Source: a virus (taxonomy: Duplodnaviria; Heunggongvirae; Uroviricota; Caudoviricetes). From it: a stretch of DNA of 42,294 nucleotides. The position numbers and the translations under genes are program-made. Shown here one piece after another: positions 1 through 10,354 of this stretch (its first letter is position 1; each line of letters begins with the position of its first letter). The stretch lies in IMG/VR virus record IMGVR_UViG_3300003310_000099, positions 1 to 42,294 of that record; one strand, 5' to 3'. The notes under the pieces were generated by a model. The model was not told the origin of the DNA, did not search any database, and worked only from the letters and a program-made list of their open reading frames with translations.

Positions 1-642
1 ATGAAAATAGGATTAATAGGCAGGGGTGTTGACGGCGAACGTATACTCCAGTTAATGAATGGTCATTTTTTTGTGGCGTGGTATGACAAACAACGCTACG
101 GCCATAATGAGATTAATAACCATATACAATATTATTGTATTCGAGACGTTGTAGAGTATGTCGAAGGCGCACCTATCTTTCTATGCCTGCCTGTATCTGC
201 TGTAGATGAAGTTTGCAAAGAAATCAATGATATTATCAGAGATATACAATTCGATAGCGGAATTCCCCGTGGGACTGTTGGTCAAATCATTGTAATCAAA
301 TCTACTGTTCCTCCAAAAACTACCGCAACACTCAATGCCAGGCATGAGTATTTACGTTGTGTTTTCAACCATGAAACGCAAGACAGTATCATCATTGGCG
401 GTCCACCTAAAGAAGCATCTGCTATAAAGCAGATATATCAAAAACTTTTTCCTTATCCAAAAATAGTTAAGACAGATTGCACAACTGCTGAAGTTGTGAA
501 TTATCTCATAGATGAATTTTTGGACAGAAAGTCTAAGTTTGCCAGTGAAATGTATAAGTTCTGCGAGAAAACTGGAGTGGATTATGATAAAGTTGTGGAA
601 TATGCAAAAGATGATACTAGATTAGGTTTAACCAATTGGTAA
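1..642 (+). CDS. UDP-glucose/GDP-mannose dehydrogenase-like protein, C-terminally truncated/degenerate
   Basis: N-terminal Rossmann-like KIGLIGRG, VIKSTVPP and central dimerisation-helix pattern (AEVVNY...FASEM...GVDYDKV...DTRLG); ends before the usual catalytic GGxC segment. Confidence 0.7.
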   Translation: MKIGLIGRGVDGERILQLMNGHFFVAWYDKQRYGHNEINNHIQYYCIRDVVEYVEGAPIFLCLPVSAVDEVCKEINDIIRDIQFDSGIPRGTVGQIIVIKSTVPPKTTATLNARHEYLRCVFNHETQDSIIIGGPPKEASAIKQIYQKLFPYPKIVKTDCTTAEVVNYLIDEFLDRKSKFASEMYKFCEKTGVDYDKVVEYAKDDTRLGLTNW

Positions 643-654
643 AGGAAAATATAT

Positions 655-1014
655 ATGAAGAAGAATTTGATAGTTGGTGGAGATTACGCTAAGAAGTCGG
701 CAAGAATGGTGTCTGGAGCTAAAGCTACAGGTACGTTCATTTTAGTTGAGAAGCTAACGGAAGCTGAGTGTGAGAATACTCCCATTATTCTGCCGAATGG
801 TGAACAGACCAAGAACAGTAATCAAGCATATGTTGTGGATATAGGCCCAGCTTTGGAAAAGGATAAGTGGGGAGTAGCTGTAGGAAATAGAGTGCTATTA
901 CAGGGTTCTTTTGTTCCAGTGCCTGTCAAGAGTGCTGCTGGTCGAGAATTGGCTATTGTAACTCCACATGATGTGAAGGCTGTGTTGGTCGAAGAGTCGC
1001 TAGAAGCGAATTAA
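655..1014 (+). CDS. groES: GroES/Cpn10-like co-chaperonin
   Basis: ILVEK...IILP...AYVVDIGP...VAVGNRVL...AIVTPHDVKAVL matches the GroES pattern; adjacent to dnaJ. Confidence 0.7.
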   Translation: MKKNLIVGGDYAKKSARMVSGAKATGTFILVEKLTEAECENTPIILPNGEQTKNSNQAYVVDIGPALEKDKWGVAVGNRVLLQGSFVPVPVKSAAGRELAIVTPHDVKAVLVEESLEAN

Positions 1015-1022
1015 GGGGGTAA

Positions 1023-2057
1023 ATGGATTTCTATAAACTTTTAGAGGTAGATAAGAAGGCTACGGAAGAAGAAATAAAGAAGGCTTATCGTAAGAAGGCA
1101 ATGGAAAATCATCCCGACCGTAATCCAGGGGATGCTAATGCAGAAAAGAGGTTTAAAGAAGTCCAAGAAGCCTATGAAGTTTTAGGAGACGTACATAAGC
1201 GTGCGCAGTACGATAGCACTGGAAGTGCCACAAGAGCTTCCAGTGCTAATCCTTTTCATGGAGGTGGTTGGTCATTTTTTGGGGAAGGTCATGCACCTCA
1301 TACAGTCACGGAACGTGGTAGAAACATACATCTCACACTTCATCTTGACTTCCTTGAAGTTTTAAACGGTGCAAATAAGAAGATTCCTGTCCCTCAAAGA
1401 GAACGTTGTATCAAATGCGAAGGACAGGGTTATACTGATTTCAAGTCTTGTACTGTTTGTCATGGCAGTGGTAAAACAGCTATAAAACAGTCTCCTTTCA
1501 ATGTTTATGTTAGTTGTGGAGCATGTAAATCCACAGGTAGGTCTGGAACCATAAGTTGCGAGAGTTGCAAAGGTGAAGGCTTTACATCCAAAGGTAACAT
1601 AGAAATAGCGATCAGCATACCGCCAGGGGCAGAAAATAACCATCAAATAAGAATTGGTGGTTATGGCGAGCCTTCCAAGCATCCTTTTGGCAGTAATGGT
1701 GATCTTGTGCTTGTAGTTTCAATTAAAGAACACCCAATTTTCAAAAGAAATAGTGCAACTTTAATATGTGAGTTCCCAATAGGCTTCCATGAATTGTGCT
1801 TGGGAACTAGTGTAGAAGTACCGACTTTAACTGGTTCTGCCATGCTTTCAATACCACCAAGAACTGCTGATGGCACCCAATTTCGTCTTCGTGGACTAGG
1901 TTTGCCTTATTATCAGGGCGGTAAGGGTGATTTGATTGTGGTTGTAAAACTGGTAGTACCACCTCAAGTTAATATTGACTCAAACAAGGAATTGTTCCAT
2001 AATATCACTGAATTTGAGAAAGATTATCTGAAACAAGAAAGGGAGAAATTTAAATGA
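1023..2057 (+). CDS. dnaJ: DnaJ chaperone
   Basis: J-domain with HPD, four CxxCxGxG-type Zn motifs, C-terminal DnaJ domain (LRGLGLP...GDLIV). Confidence 0.95.
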   Translation: MDFYKLLEVDKKATEEEIKKAYRKKAMENHPDRNPGDANAEKRFKEVQEAYEVLGDVHKRAQYDSTGSATRASSANPFHGGGWSFFGEGHAPHTVTERGRNIHLTLHLDFLEVLNGANKKIPVPQRERCIKCEGQGYTDFKSCTVCHGSGKTAIKQSPFNVYVSCGACKSTGRSGTISCESCKGEGFTSKGNIEIAISIPPGAENNHQIRIGGYGEPSKHPFGSNGDLVLVVSIKEHPIFKRNSATLICEFPIGFHELCLGTSVEVPTLTGSAMLSIPPRTADGTQFRLRGLGLPYYQGGKGDLIVVVKLVVPPQVNIDSNKELFHNITEFEKDYLKQEREKFK

Positions 2058-2542
2058 AACTATCAGAGTCCGCAATTTTCGGTGGCTTTGTACTTGTGGC
2101 AGTTTTCTTAGGGACCGTACTAGGCACATATGTCACTTCCAGCAAGCCTAACAATGTATCAAAATTCAATCTGACTGAAGACGCAATCGCAAAGGATTTG
2201 GATGGCCGTGCCTTGTCGCTTGCACTTGGCCAAGTTTGGCCATTTGATAGCTCACAGAACATCACAGTCAAAATAGATAAAAAGAAGCCTTTGGACGAGT
2301 ATGTTATCATTGTCGCAGAGGTCAATGCTGTTGCGCCTGTTCAACAGGAAGCAGCATCCACTGCCCCTAAAGAGCAATTTTCGACCAACCCTAGTGGCAA
2401 AGACGCGCCAAAAAACCCAGCTAAGCTGCCATCCAAACTTCATTTGAGGGGTATGGTCAAACTGACATATGAGTTATTTGATAGTAACTGGTATTTGATT
2501 TCAGCAGAAAACCTTAGTTTAAAGGCTTTTCCAATTGATTAG
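2054..2542 (+). CDS. hypothetical protein with N-terminal transmembrane helix
   Basis: ORF overlaps dnaJ stop (ATGA); hydrophobic IFGGFVLVAVFLGTVLG segment. Confidence 0.7.
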   Translation: MKLSESAIFGGFVLVAVFLGTVLGTYVTSSKPNNVSKFNLTEDAIAKDLDGRALSLALGQVWPFDSSQNITVKIDKKKPLDEYVIIVAEVNAVAPVQQEAASTAPKEQFSTNPSGKDAPKNPAKLPSKLHLRGMVKLTYELFDSNWYLISAENLSLKAFPID

Positions 2543-3018
2543 AACACTTTAATGGTTTGGATTTTGGACGGTGCTTTGGATGCATCGTCCATTCTTCTTT
2601 GTAGAACCACAGTAATAGTTCTGCCTATATCTGGGCATGGTTGAATTCTTTTAAAATCATCATATGGAATGTAAATACTATCGGATTCATTTTTACTATT
2701 CCTGTATGTGATTATAATTGGGTTTCTTTTTTCATCAATATAGGTGATAATGCCATTTCTTTCGGTGGTTGGTAGTGCTAGGTCGAAGTTATTGTGGCTG
2801 AAGTTACTGTCAAAATACCCAGCTTGCCAGGAAGGAAGTTCTCCAGGTTGGCTACCAGTCCATTGAGCAGTTAAGGCCCCAAATATTCCAGGTACGTTCG
2901 GGATGTGTGTGCCAACAGGACCAGTATTGGTGTGGTGCATCTGACGCACATTCTTATCAAAACCAAAAGGTGCATAACCTTTTTTCTCCATGAGGTAGAA
3001 AAATTCTTTGAATTCCAT
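2539..3018 (-). CDS. hypothetical protein, capsid-targeting-like N-terminus (MEFKEFFYLME)
   Basis: 159-aa ORF preceded by TATAAATA-N5-ATG on the minus strand. Confidence 0.7.
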   Translation of the reverse strand: MEFKEFFYLMEKKGYAPFGFDKNVRQMHHTNTGPVGTHIPNVPGIFGALTAQWTGSQPGELPSWQAGYFDSNFSHNNFDLALPTTERNGIITYIDEKRNPIIITYRNSKNESDSIYIPYDDFKRIQPCPDIGRTITVVLQRRMDDASKAPSKIQTIKVF

Positions 3019-3047
3019 TACATTATTTATAAGGACGGTGTTTAATT

Positions 3048-3314
3048 ATGATAGAAATAACAGACATTAGGATATTATTACCCGCATTGGTTACTTTCAA
3101 ACAAAACGATCAAGATTTATCTGTGTTCGCATATATAGATCAGTTAAAGAAAGATGTAGTTTTGCCCGACACTTCAGAAATCGCTAATATAGCTGATTTC
3201 AAAGCAGCGTTTGCCACTTTTTATAATTCCAAAAATAAAGCTAACAAAATTCCTCCATTACCAAAGAATGCGATGGAAAAAGTAGACCCAGATCAATTTA
3301 GGAGTCAACCATGA
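3048..3314 (+). CDS. hypothetical protein
   Basis: 88-aa ORF, ATGA overlap with dut. Confidence 0.6.
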   Translation: MIEITDIRILLPALVTFKQNDQDLSVFAYIDQLKKDVVLPDTSEIANIADFKAAFATFYNSKNKANKIPPLPKNAMEKVDPDQFRSQP

Positions 3315-3820
3315 AAAAAGGTACTGTTACTTCCAAGGTTCCAGAGACTGAAGCGAACAATTATGTTTCCAGGTTGAATAAAAGAATGCTCACCAAAATA
3401 GTAGCAGATTCCCCTGAATTCATCCCTGTCTATGCCACAAAAGGTGCGGCTTGTTGTGATTTAAAAGCTAATATCCCAAGTGGCAGTATTACGATTGGCA
3501 CGCTAGAAACTGTTAAGATTGATTGTGGATTCTCAATGCAATTGCCAGATGGCTATGAAGCTCAAATAAGACCTAGAAGTGGATTTGGTGCTAAAGGTAT
3601 CATTACCCCTAATTCTCCAGGGACAATTGATGAAGATTATCGGGGCAGAATGTGTGTGTTGCTTACTAACTTAAAGAATGAGCCAGTCACTATCAATCAC
3701 CTGGATCGAATAGGACAGATGGCATTAAAACCAGTATGGTATTTCGATTTTCAAGAGGTAGATACTCTTGATAGTACAGATAGAGGTGACGGCGGTTTTG
3801 GTTCAACTGGAGTAAAATAA
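3311..3820 (+). CDS. dut: trimeric dUTPase
   Basis: motifs AACCDL, RPRSG, GTIDEDYRG, RGDGGFGSTG. Confidence 0.95.
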   Translation: MKKGTVTSKVPETEANNYVSRLNKRMLTKIVADSPEFIPVYATKGAACCDLKANIPSGSITIGTLETVKIDCGFSMQLPDGYEAQIRPRSGFGAKGIITPNSPGTIDEDYRGRMCVLLTNLKNEPVTINHLDRIGQMALKPVWYFDFQEVDTLDSTDRGDGGFGSTGVK

Positions 3821-3821
3821 T

Positions 3822-4880
3822 ATGAAAAATCATTGGTTAAATAAGAAGAAGGATAAGCAGTTAGATGCAGCAGTAGAGGCAGCTTTTAGTGAATTTGAGC
3901 AAACTTTAAAAGCAGAAGATGTACGTCTTGCTCGTCAATTAGAAGCTGAAGGCGTTGAAGGTGTGTGTGAATATAATGAAATGGCAGATGTAGAGCCATC
4001 GTTATCTATTGAGGTAAAAGCTTCATCTTTGCCCGATGCATATAACGAAATTACAATTGGTGATGGCTGGTGTGACGTTCCCCCAATTACAGTCACTGAC
4101 TGTGGGGCATTTTGCATATCTGGTAGTCCATCCCCTCCTCTCGATCCCGCAATTTCTTCTATTACAATCTCAAATGATTGGAATAGTTTCGACCCAGGAC
4201 AAACTGCATTATCAGAATTAGACATGGAAATTGGTGACGGTAGTATCAAGTATGTAAGAGAAACCACAATTGGTATATTTACTTTTAAGGATGAAGGTGT
4301 GTTAGGTGTTGATATTTTTGTGGATGGTAAAAAAGTCGGTTGGCTCAATAGTAAGGGCGAGAAAGCACTAAAGCAATGGCTGAATGATAAACCAACAGAT
4401 ATTTGCACTACGACTATTGGTGATAATAGTTATTATGTTGGCATTGATCCTGCTTATGGTGTGGATAATAGTCAAACTTATGTTTTTAGAAAAGAGGTCT
4501 ACCCTGATTATAAGAGGTACGATTATAACATTGAAACAGTTTCCAATGAAGTGATAAAAGTGCCTCATGCGGGTAAGTATAATGTATACCAGTTAAAGAA
4601 CAAAAATATTGTCCCAGGTAGCGTTCTTTTGACTACATTCATCAATGGTGTAGCCGTACAAAGCGAAAATTTAACTAATTTCGGAGTTTTGACTGACAAA
4701 AATTACCATTATGCAGAACGCACGGCAATGTCTGGGGCTAAAATAGATTACAGCACTGGCATTGTCACTATAAATTGGATCAATTTTAGTCTAACAGATA
4801 ATCGTTATCTGAGTGTTTGCTACGAATATAAGCAATACGAAGAATCTAAATTAAAGGAGCGTTGGCCAAAGATATGTTAA
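3822..4880 (+). CDS. hypothetical protein; C-terminal beta-rich module (VPGSV...IDYSTGIVTINW)
   Basis: 352-aa ORF in operon; the IDYxTG pattern is reminiscent of phage structural proteins (weak). Confidence 0.6.
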   Translation: MKNHWLNKKKDKQLDAAVEAAFSEFEQTLKAEDVRLARQLEAEGVEGVCEYNEMADVEPSLSIEVKASSLPDAYNEITIGDGWCDVPPITVTDCGAFCISGSPSPPLDPAISSITISNDWNSFDPGQTALSELDMEIGDGSIKYVRETTIGIFTFKDEGVLGVDIFVDGKKVGWLNSKGEKALKQWLNDKPTDICTTTIGDNSYYVGIDPAYGVDNSQTYVFRKEVYPDYKRYDYNIETVSNEVIKVPHAGKYNVYQLKNKNIVPGSVLLTTFINGVAVQSENLTNFGVLTDKNYHYAERTAMSGAKIDYSTGIVTINWINFSLTDNRYLSVCYEYKQYEESKLKERWPKIC

Positions 4881-5089
4881 TATACTGCGTTACTACAGTT
4901 GGTCGCCAGGTAGAAGGCGAAATGGTTTCAATTAGATTTGAGAAGGCTTATAAATCCAAGGCCAAGGCTGAGGCATTTTCCAAGGACTTGGCCAAGGTTT
5001 ATACAGAAAACGTGAATACTCCTACTGGACCTGTTCAATTTGTCTTAGAAAGAGGTGTGCAGGAGGTGGAGTTTGATGAAAATGAGTAA
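4862..5089 (+). CDS. hypothetical protein
   Basis: ORF in operon; start could be ATG 4874. Confidence 0.6.
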   Translation: MAKDMLIYCVTTVGRQVEGEMVSIRFEKAYKSKAKAEAFSKDLAKVYTENVNTPTGPVQFVLERGVQEVEFDENE

Positions 5090-5103
5090 ATTATAAGGAG
5101 AAT

Positions 5104-5844
5104 ATGAATATTACACCGCACAGTCCTTTAGAAGGACCAGCAGCACAGCTAACAATTCCGCTTCACGACGGCACAGAAGAACAAGTCTCTATCGTTGTTG
5201 TTCACAACAATAAGCCTGAATATCTTAATCTTTGCCTCCAAAGTATAGCTGTTACCAGCTTTAACAATAACTATGAACTCATAGTTGTCGATAACAACTC
5301 TGGCAAAGAATCTCAAGCATTCTTGGATGAAATCGAAGAGGATGGCGTCAAGGTCATCCGTAATGACAAGAATCTTCATTGGAGCGCAGCCGCCAACAAA
5401 GGTGCAGAAGCAGCCTCCAAGAATTCCAAGTATATTATCTTCCTGCACCATGACGTTGTAATCCTCAATCCAGCTTGGATTGATCTAATGATTAACGTAT
5501 CTGAATCACAGCAATCTGGCATGGTTGGCCTTGAATTAGGTCAATACTACATGCAAAACCAGAAGGTTGACTTCGTACAGGAATGGTGCTTGTTGTTTAG
5601 CAAGGAATCTTGGAAGGCAATCGGTCCTTTCCCAGAGACTTTACCACAGATTGGTCATTCGTTTATCATGACCATGAAGGCTCAGTTAAAGGGCCATAAA
5701 CCACAGGTCATGAAGAATCCAGTAGCACACCATTATCATGTATTTGCTCTTGATATCAATGAATTTGAAAGATTCACTGAACGTGCTATGAATGAGATTC
5801 CAAGACTGATGAGAGAACTCCAAACAATGCCAGTAATGAGGTAA
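5104..5844 (+). CDS. glycosyltransferase family 2 (GT-A fold)
   Basis: SIVVVHNN...YELIVVDNNS...AANKGA...IIFLHHDV; good SD (AAGGAG). Confidence 0.85.
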   Translation: MNITPHSPLEGPAAQLTIPLHDGTEEQVSIVVVHNNKPEYLNLCLQSIAVTSFNNNYELIVVDNNSGKESQAFLDEIEEDGVKVIRNDKNLHWSAAANKGAEAASKNSKYIIFLHHDVVILNPAWIDLMINVSESQQSGMVGLELGQYYMQNQKVDFVQEWCLLFSKESWKAIGPFPETLPQIGHSFIMTMKAQLKGHKPQVMKNPVAHHYHVFALDINEFERFTERAMNEIPRLMRELQTMPVMR

Positions 5845-5847
5845 AAT

Positions 5848-6171
5848 ATGGACGATGAAGTTTTAGATATATTAAACAGAATCCAGTGTTGCGTAGATGA
5901 TTGTGAACTTCGTGTTAAATTGGGTTTAATTCCACTCGGTAGTTCAAAAAGAATGATCTTCAGAGGCACTTATGATGTGTTAGAACATGCGGGTGATGGT
6001 GCCATTTATAACAAGATCATGAATGATAAGCTCAATAAGGTTCGAGACTTAGGTTTTATAATTAATGAGTCTGGTCAAAATAATTGGCGTGAGGAAGAGA
6101 ATTGGAGCATCACAGGTGCTGGCCAAATCTATCTTGGCAGTGTTAGAGGGAAGATACGTCATGAATCTTAA
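5848..6171 (+). CDS. hypothetical protein
   Basis: 107-aa ORF in operon. Confidence 0.6.
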   Translation: MDDEVLDILNRIQCCVDDCELRVKLGLIPLGSSKRMIFRGTYDVLEHAGDGAIYNKIMNDKLNKVRDLGFIINESGQNNWREEENWSITGAGQIYLGSVRGKIRHES

Positions 6172-6183
6172 GGAGCCTTTCTA

Positions 6184-6759
6184 ATGTGGAATTGCTGGGA
6201 ATGTTCGAAATGTTATAGACAAAGCCCTAAGAATAATATATGGGGTTATGCTTGCGATGCGGCAAAGGCCCAAGGATTTTCCAATATCTCCATTCAATAT
6301 TGGGTTGATGCCGATCCAAATCGTCCCGCTCATTGGAAAGAGCCATTTACACCTGGACCAAGTAGTGTATTTTCAACGCTTTGTTCCTCCTGCCAGGATA
6401 TGACTCTTGAAAAGTATTTCCAGCATTTAAGGGACATTCATATAAGACATGATTATAGTCATCATGGCGGGGCTGGTTCACATTACACTCTAACTTCCAG
6501 GTTTGAGCGAGACGATATGCGAAATACTTTCTATTCTTGCGCAGTATGTAAACATGAAGTGGCTATAGGCAGTTCTAAATACGATGAATTGTATAAAGAC
6601 CACGGTTTTATTACTGTGGGTGCAGAAGAAAATGGGTCGATCACGGTTTGTTCTGCGTGCCGACCCAAAATCAAAATAAAAGAATTAAGCCCACTGATTA
6701 AAGCATGGAAACTTGAGAGTGAAAAAATGTGGAAAGAACTCTATCCAAATCAATTTTAA
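6184..6759 (+). CDS. hypothetical Cys-rich (CxxC) protein
   Basis: four CxxC pairs; SD AGGAG upstream. Confidence 0.65.
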   Translation: MWNCWECSKCYRQSPKNNIWGYACDAAKAQGFSNISIQYWVDADPNRPAHWKEPFTPGPSSVFSTLCSSCQDMTLEKYFQHLRDIHIRHDYSHHGGAGSHYTLTSRFERDDMRNTFYSCAVCKHEVAIGSSKYDELYKDHGFITVGAEENGSITVCSACRPKIKIKELSPLIKAWKLESEKMWKELYPNQF

Positions 6760-9700
6760 GCGTAATTCCCATTACGTCTGCTTCTGAATATCTGTCCTGC
6801 TCTTGTTGGTTTCTCAATACATCTATAATTACCGCTATGCTTACATACATGGCTTAATAGATAAGAGGAACCTTTGCACTCAAACCAATTGCCATATCGT
6901 GCATCGCAATCTTGAATATCAATGGCTGGACCTACCGCACTTGTTCCTTGTAGGTTCAACTTCCACATAACGCCAGGTATAGTTGACCACAATTGGCACT
7001 GACCACGGTTTGGTGTGCCATTAGCATTGAACATGTCAGCCGTACCAGGAGATATCGTCCCATTTACAGTTAACGTACTACCGCCTGTGACAGTTATAGT
7101 CTTATTGCCAGTCAGAATCAAATTGAATAAGCTAGGTGCAAAAACTGTGTCCAAAACAATTGTACCACCACCTGATAATTCAATCGTGCTTGTTGCACTA
7201 TTGATTACTTTTGATCCAACAGTATTATCAGCACCAGTGCTTCTCCAATAACCATTAACAGTTAAAACATCATTAACAGTAATAGCACTACCATTATTAT
7301 CCATCATAGACCCAGCATTAATGGTCAAAGTTTGACCAACACCACTTAAAGTAAATGCGGACAATAACAATAATCGGTGATTGCCAGAATTAGCAACAAT
7401 TACGTTGCCCCCACTATAAGCACCAGTCAAAGTGAGTAATTGATCCTGTGTGCTACTGTTAAAAGTAGTATCACCACTGGATGGTGTAAGAGTCCCAGCA
7501 AGTTGTATCAAATCACCAGCATTAGTGATTGTTTGTGTAGCACCCGTAAAGGTAGCTGCACCACTCTGGAACCAGCCAAGATCATCCAAAGTAAGAGTTG
7601 CAGCCTGTGTAATGGTCGAAGTATAATTACTCAAAACGAAAATACCACGAACACTTACCGCTGCATCAAGGGTGCAAGCTATGTTGTTTGTGTGGAAAAA
7701 TGCCTGGTCAGATGGCCCTGGAGCCGACCCACCAAACCAATTAGTCCCTGTGCTAAAGTTGTTATCAGTTGCACCTGTCCATGTAAACGGATCAGAAGTA
7801 AAGCCACCCCAATCTGTATTGTTTCCACCATCAACACCGTTGGTTACACTCCAGGTTGCAACAGGAGTAGCTGTTGAACGCTCAACTATAACATGGTCGC
7901 AAGTAATTGTCCCACCACCAGCCTTGGTCAAAGTATGACTAGCGGTAGTAATACTCTTAATGAATATTTTGTTGCCAGCAGTACCATTAACATCAAATGT
8001 GGTAACAGTTGTGGTTGTACCTGCGGTAAATAAAATCTTGTGCGGAGCCGTATTGCTACTCTTGAAATCATTAAACGTGTTCGAGCCAGTAAAATTGTAA
8101 TTCTGTTGAACGGTTCCAACTAATTCTATGTTGTTATAGGTTCGACCATTGCCAGCAAAAGTTTTTGTTTGTCTGGTATCATTGGTGATTATAATAAGTG
8201 ACGTGCCAGCAGAGATTGTTCCGCCGCTACTCCAGACCGTGCCACGACCCGTTAAAGTAAAGGTTCCAGAACCCATAGTTAAGAGTCCCGAAGAGTTGCT
8301 TAACGTATTGCATGTAACATTGAAATTATTGCAATCCAGACCACCACTACTAGATGTTAAATTACCCCTATTATTATCCAAATAACCAGTCTCAGCGTCA
8401 ATTGTGATATCATCTTGCAGTTGAACAGTGCTAGTGCCAGTTAAATTGAAAGTAATAGGTAATGGCCATGTATTACCAGCAGTCGTCCACTGAAATGCAA
8501 ATGTACCAGTCAAATATCGAAGTGTCAATGAAGCCACTCTGGTTGATGTAAGTGACATATTTGGGTCTAATATCATGCTACCATAGCAGATATGACTTCT
8601 CATGAAGTGCCAAGTTGGATTATTAGTAACGCCAGTCCAGTCAATACTACCCAAACCAACGCCACCGCCAATGTTTGGCATGTCGCAATTAACTGTCACT
8701 CCTGGCGAATCGAATGAAGCTGAATCAAAGACTACAGAATCCTGTGGAAGTGGACAACGGCCAGCGCCGCCTGTTCCACCAGAACCAAGGAACCAATAGC
8801 CAGGATAGGACCACCTCTTATATCCAGTGCCAGGAGCATAAAAATATTGTGTTGCTCCTGCTGGGAAAGTAATGGCTGAGTTATTGCCTTCGTTACCAAC
8901 CGCATTGGCTGTTGAAAAGTCTTGGGCTACATTAAAACCGATAGCAAAAAAGTCTACATTTTCAGCAACTACGGTTGCTCCAGTGACGCCGAAAGTCCTT
9001 AAACTTGTTCCTGAGTTAGTGTGTATTCTTAATCGGCGTCCGCTGTCATAACCCATAAAGGTTAGAGTACCTGTGACAACTGGAGCGGCACCAGAATTAA
9101 CTTGATAGCGTGCTGCACAATTCCAAGGTCTGCCGTCTATTGGAAGACCATCATCAATTACAGTAAAGTTTGCTAAAGTGGCAACACCACCAGTTGTTGT
9201 ATGTAATGCACCAAATCCACGCATAACTAGGGACAGACCGTTATAGTTAAATGTACCACTGCCCCACAGGTTGTTACCTGCGGTTTGCTCTTGTGTAAGT
9301 GTGACGGTCGCTGTATTGGCTGTGCATGTTAATCCTGTGACTGTTCTAAAATCCCAGGTCATGGTGCCACTTGGATTTACCGAATGCAATGAAATGTTAG
9401 CAGCACCAAGGGTCAAAGTTCTGGTATTAGAGTTAGTGCTAGAGAGTCTGCCAAAATCACAAGTCTGACCATTGAAGTCTAGTGTCCCTCTGGTAAGAGT
9501 GACAGTATTCCACCAACCTGCATTTAGCGTGCTGACTAATTGCCACGACCCGCCAACACCATCAAATGTTACGTTGCCAACCTGCCCAACATTATCACTA
9601 TTGAAATCTACGGTTTGTACGCCGACTGCTGTTGATATAAAGCTAATGGGTCCACAACCAGTGGACAAGCCGCCAACAAGGGTTGGGGCATTACAAGCAA

Positions 9701-9968
9701 CTGTCATTCCTGTGGGGAATAACAGTGCCACGCTACCAGTTGGCAGTGTACTATCGCCAATAACTAATGAATTGGCGTTATTAATGGTTAGGGTGCCGAC
9801 ATAGTTGGTCAAATTGATAGACCTGCATACGGCGGCAGTATCAACGGTTAGATCACCAGATGTTGCTGTTGCTACAACTTCGTCTGCTGCTGTAGGGACA
9901 GCGATTTCCACCCAGGTAGCTGCTACGCTCCAATTTCCGCCACCATCTGCTATTGTTCGTGTTGCCAT
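6756..9968 (-). CDS. large Gly/Thr/Asn-rich beta-solenoid protein (putative virion fibre/adhesin)
   Basis: 1070 aa; repeated T-L-T-L/GxLT beta-helix-like patterns; N-terminal GNWSxxxTW...VPTAADEVV module repeated internally (NNFSTGTNW...APGPSDQAFF). Confidence 0.7.
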   Translation of the reverse strand: MATRTIADGGGNWSVAATWVEIAVPTAADEVVATATSGDLTVDTAAVCRSINLTNYVGTLTINNANSLVIGDSTLPTGSVALLFPTGMTVACNAPTLVGGLSTGCGPISFISTAVGVQTVDFNSDNVGQVGNVTFDGVGGSWQLVSTLNAGWWNTVTLTRGTLDFNGQTCDFGRLSSTNSNTRTLTLGAANISLHSVNPSGTMTWDFRTVTGLTCTANTATVTLTQEQTAGNNLWGSGTFNYNGLSLVMRGFGALHTTTGGVATLANFTVIDDGLPIDGRPWNCAARYQVNSGAAPVVTGTLTFMGYDSGRRLRIHTNSGTSLRTFGVTGATVVAENVDFFAIGFNVAQDFSTANAVGNEGNNSAITFPAGATQYFYAPGTGYKRWSYPGYWFLGSGGTGGAGRCPLPQDSVVFDSASFDSPGVTVNCDMPNIGGGVGLGSIDWTGVTNNPTWHFMRSHICYGSMILDPNMSLTSTRVASLTLRYLTGTFAFQWTTAGNTWPLPITFNLTGTSTVQLQDDITIDAETGYLDNNRGNLTSSSGGLDCNNFNVTCNTLSNSSGLLTMGSGTFTLTGRGTVWSSGGTISAGTSLIIITNDTRQTKTFAGNGRTYNNIELVGTVQQNYNFTGSNTFNDFKSSNTAPHKILFTAGTTTTVTTFDVNGTAGNKIFIKSITTASHTLTKAGGGTITCDHVIVERSTATPVATWSVTNGVDGGNNTDWGGFTSDPFTWTGATDNNFSTGTNWFGGSAPGPSDQAFFHTNNIACTLDAAVSVRGIFVLSNYTSTITQAATLTLDDLGWFQSGAATFTGATQTITNAGDLIQLAGTLTPSSGDTTFNSSTQDQLLTLTGAYSGGNVIVANSGNHRLLLLSAFTLSGVGQTLTINAGSMMDNNGSAITVNDVLTVNGYWRSTGADNTVGSKVINSATSTIELSGGGTIVLDTVFAPSLFNLILTGNKTITVTGGSTLTVNGTISPGTADMFNANGTPNRGQCQLWSTIPGVMWKLNLQGTSAVGPAIDIQDCDARYGNWFECKGSSYLLSHVCKHSGNYRCIEKPTRAGQIFRSRRNGNYA

Positions 9969-9979
9969 ATCCCCTTTTT

Positions 9980-10345
9980 TTAAGTATAACTTATGATGTA
10001 ATCCAAGACTCCATCATTATAAAGTACAACTTGTTTATCTGTGTCAAAATAAGCACTAATTGCAGTGTTGGTGCAATACAAATTACCAACAGGATTTACC
10101 AGAGTAAACCCACTACATTGAGATAGGTATACTCTATCAGTTATTATCAAAGGCATCCCATTATTAAAAATGAAGCTACCGACAAAATTCTGCACATCTA
10201 TAGATGTACAGGTTGCGGAAATGTCAATGTTAATGTCCCCGTTGATTGGGCCAACAACAACATCATCCTCTTCTGTCGGTAGAATCCCATCTTCCCATAT
10301 GTTAGGATCACTCCAATTGCCTATGTTGATTATCCTTCTAGTCAT
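9980..10345 (-). CDS. short paralog of the N-terminal module of the 1070-aa protein
   Basis: GNWSDPNIWEDGILPTEEDDVVV aligns with GNWSVAATWVEIAVPTAADEVV; SD GGAGG. Confidence 0.75.
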   Translation of the reverse strand: MTRRIINIGNWSDPNIWEDGILPTEEDDVVVGPINGDINIDISATCTSIDVQNFVGSFIFNNGMPLIITDRVYLSQCSGFTLVNPVGNLYCTNTAISAYFDTDKQVVLYNDGVLDYIISYT

Positions 10346-10354
10346 AAGCCCTCC

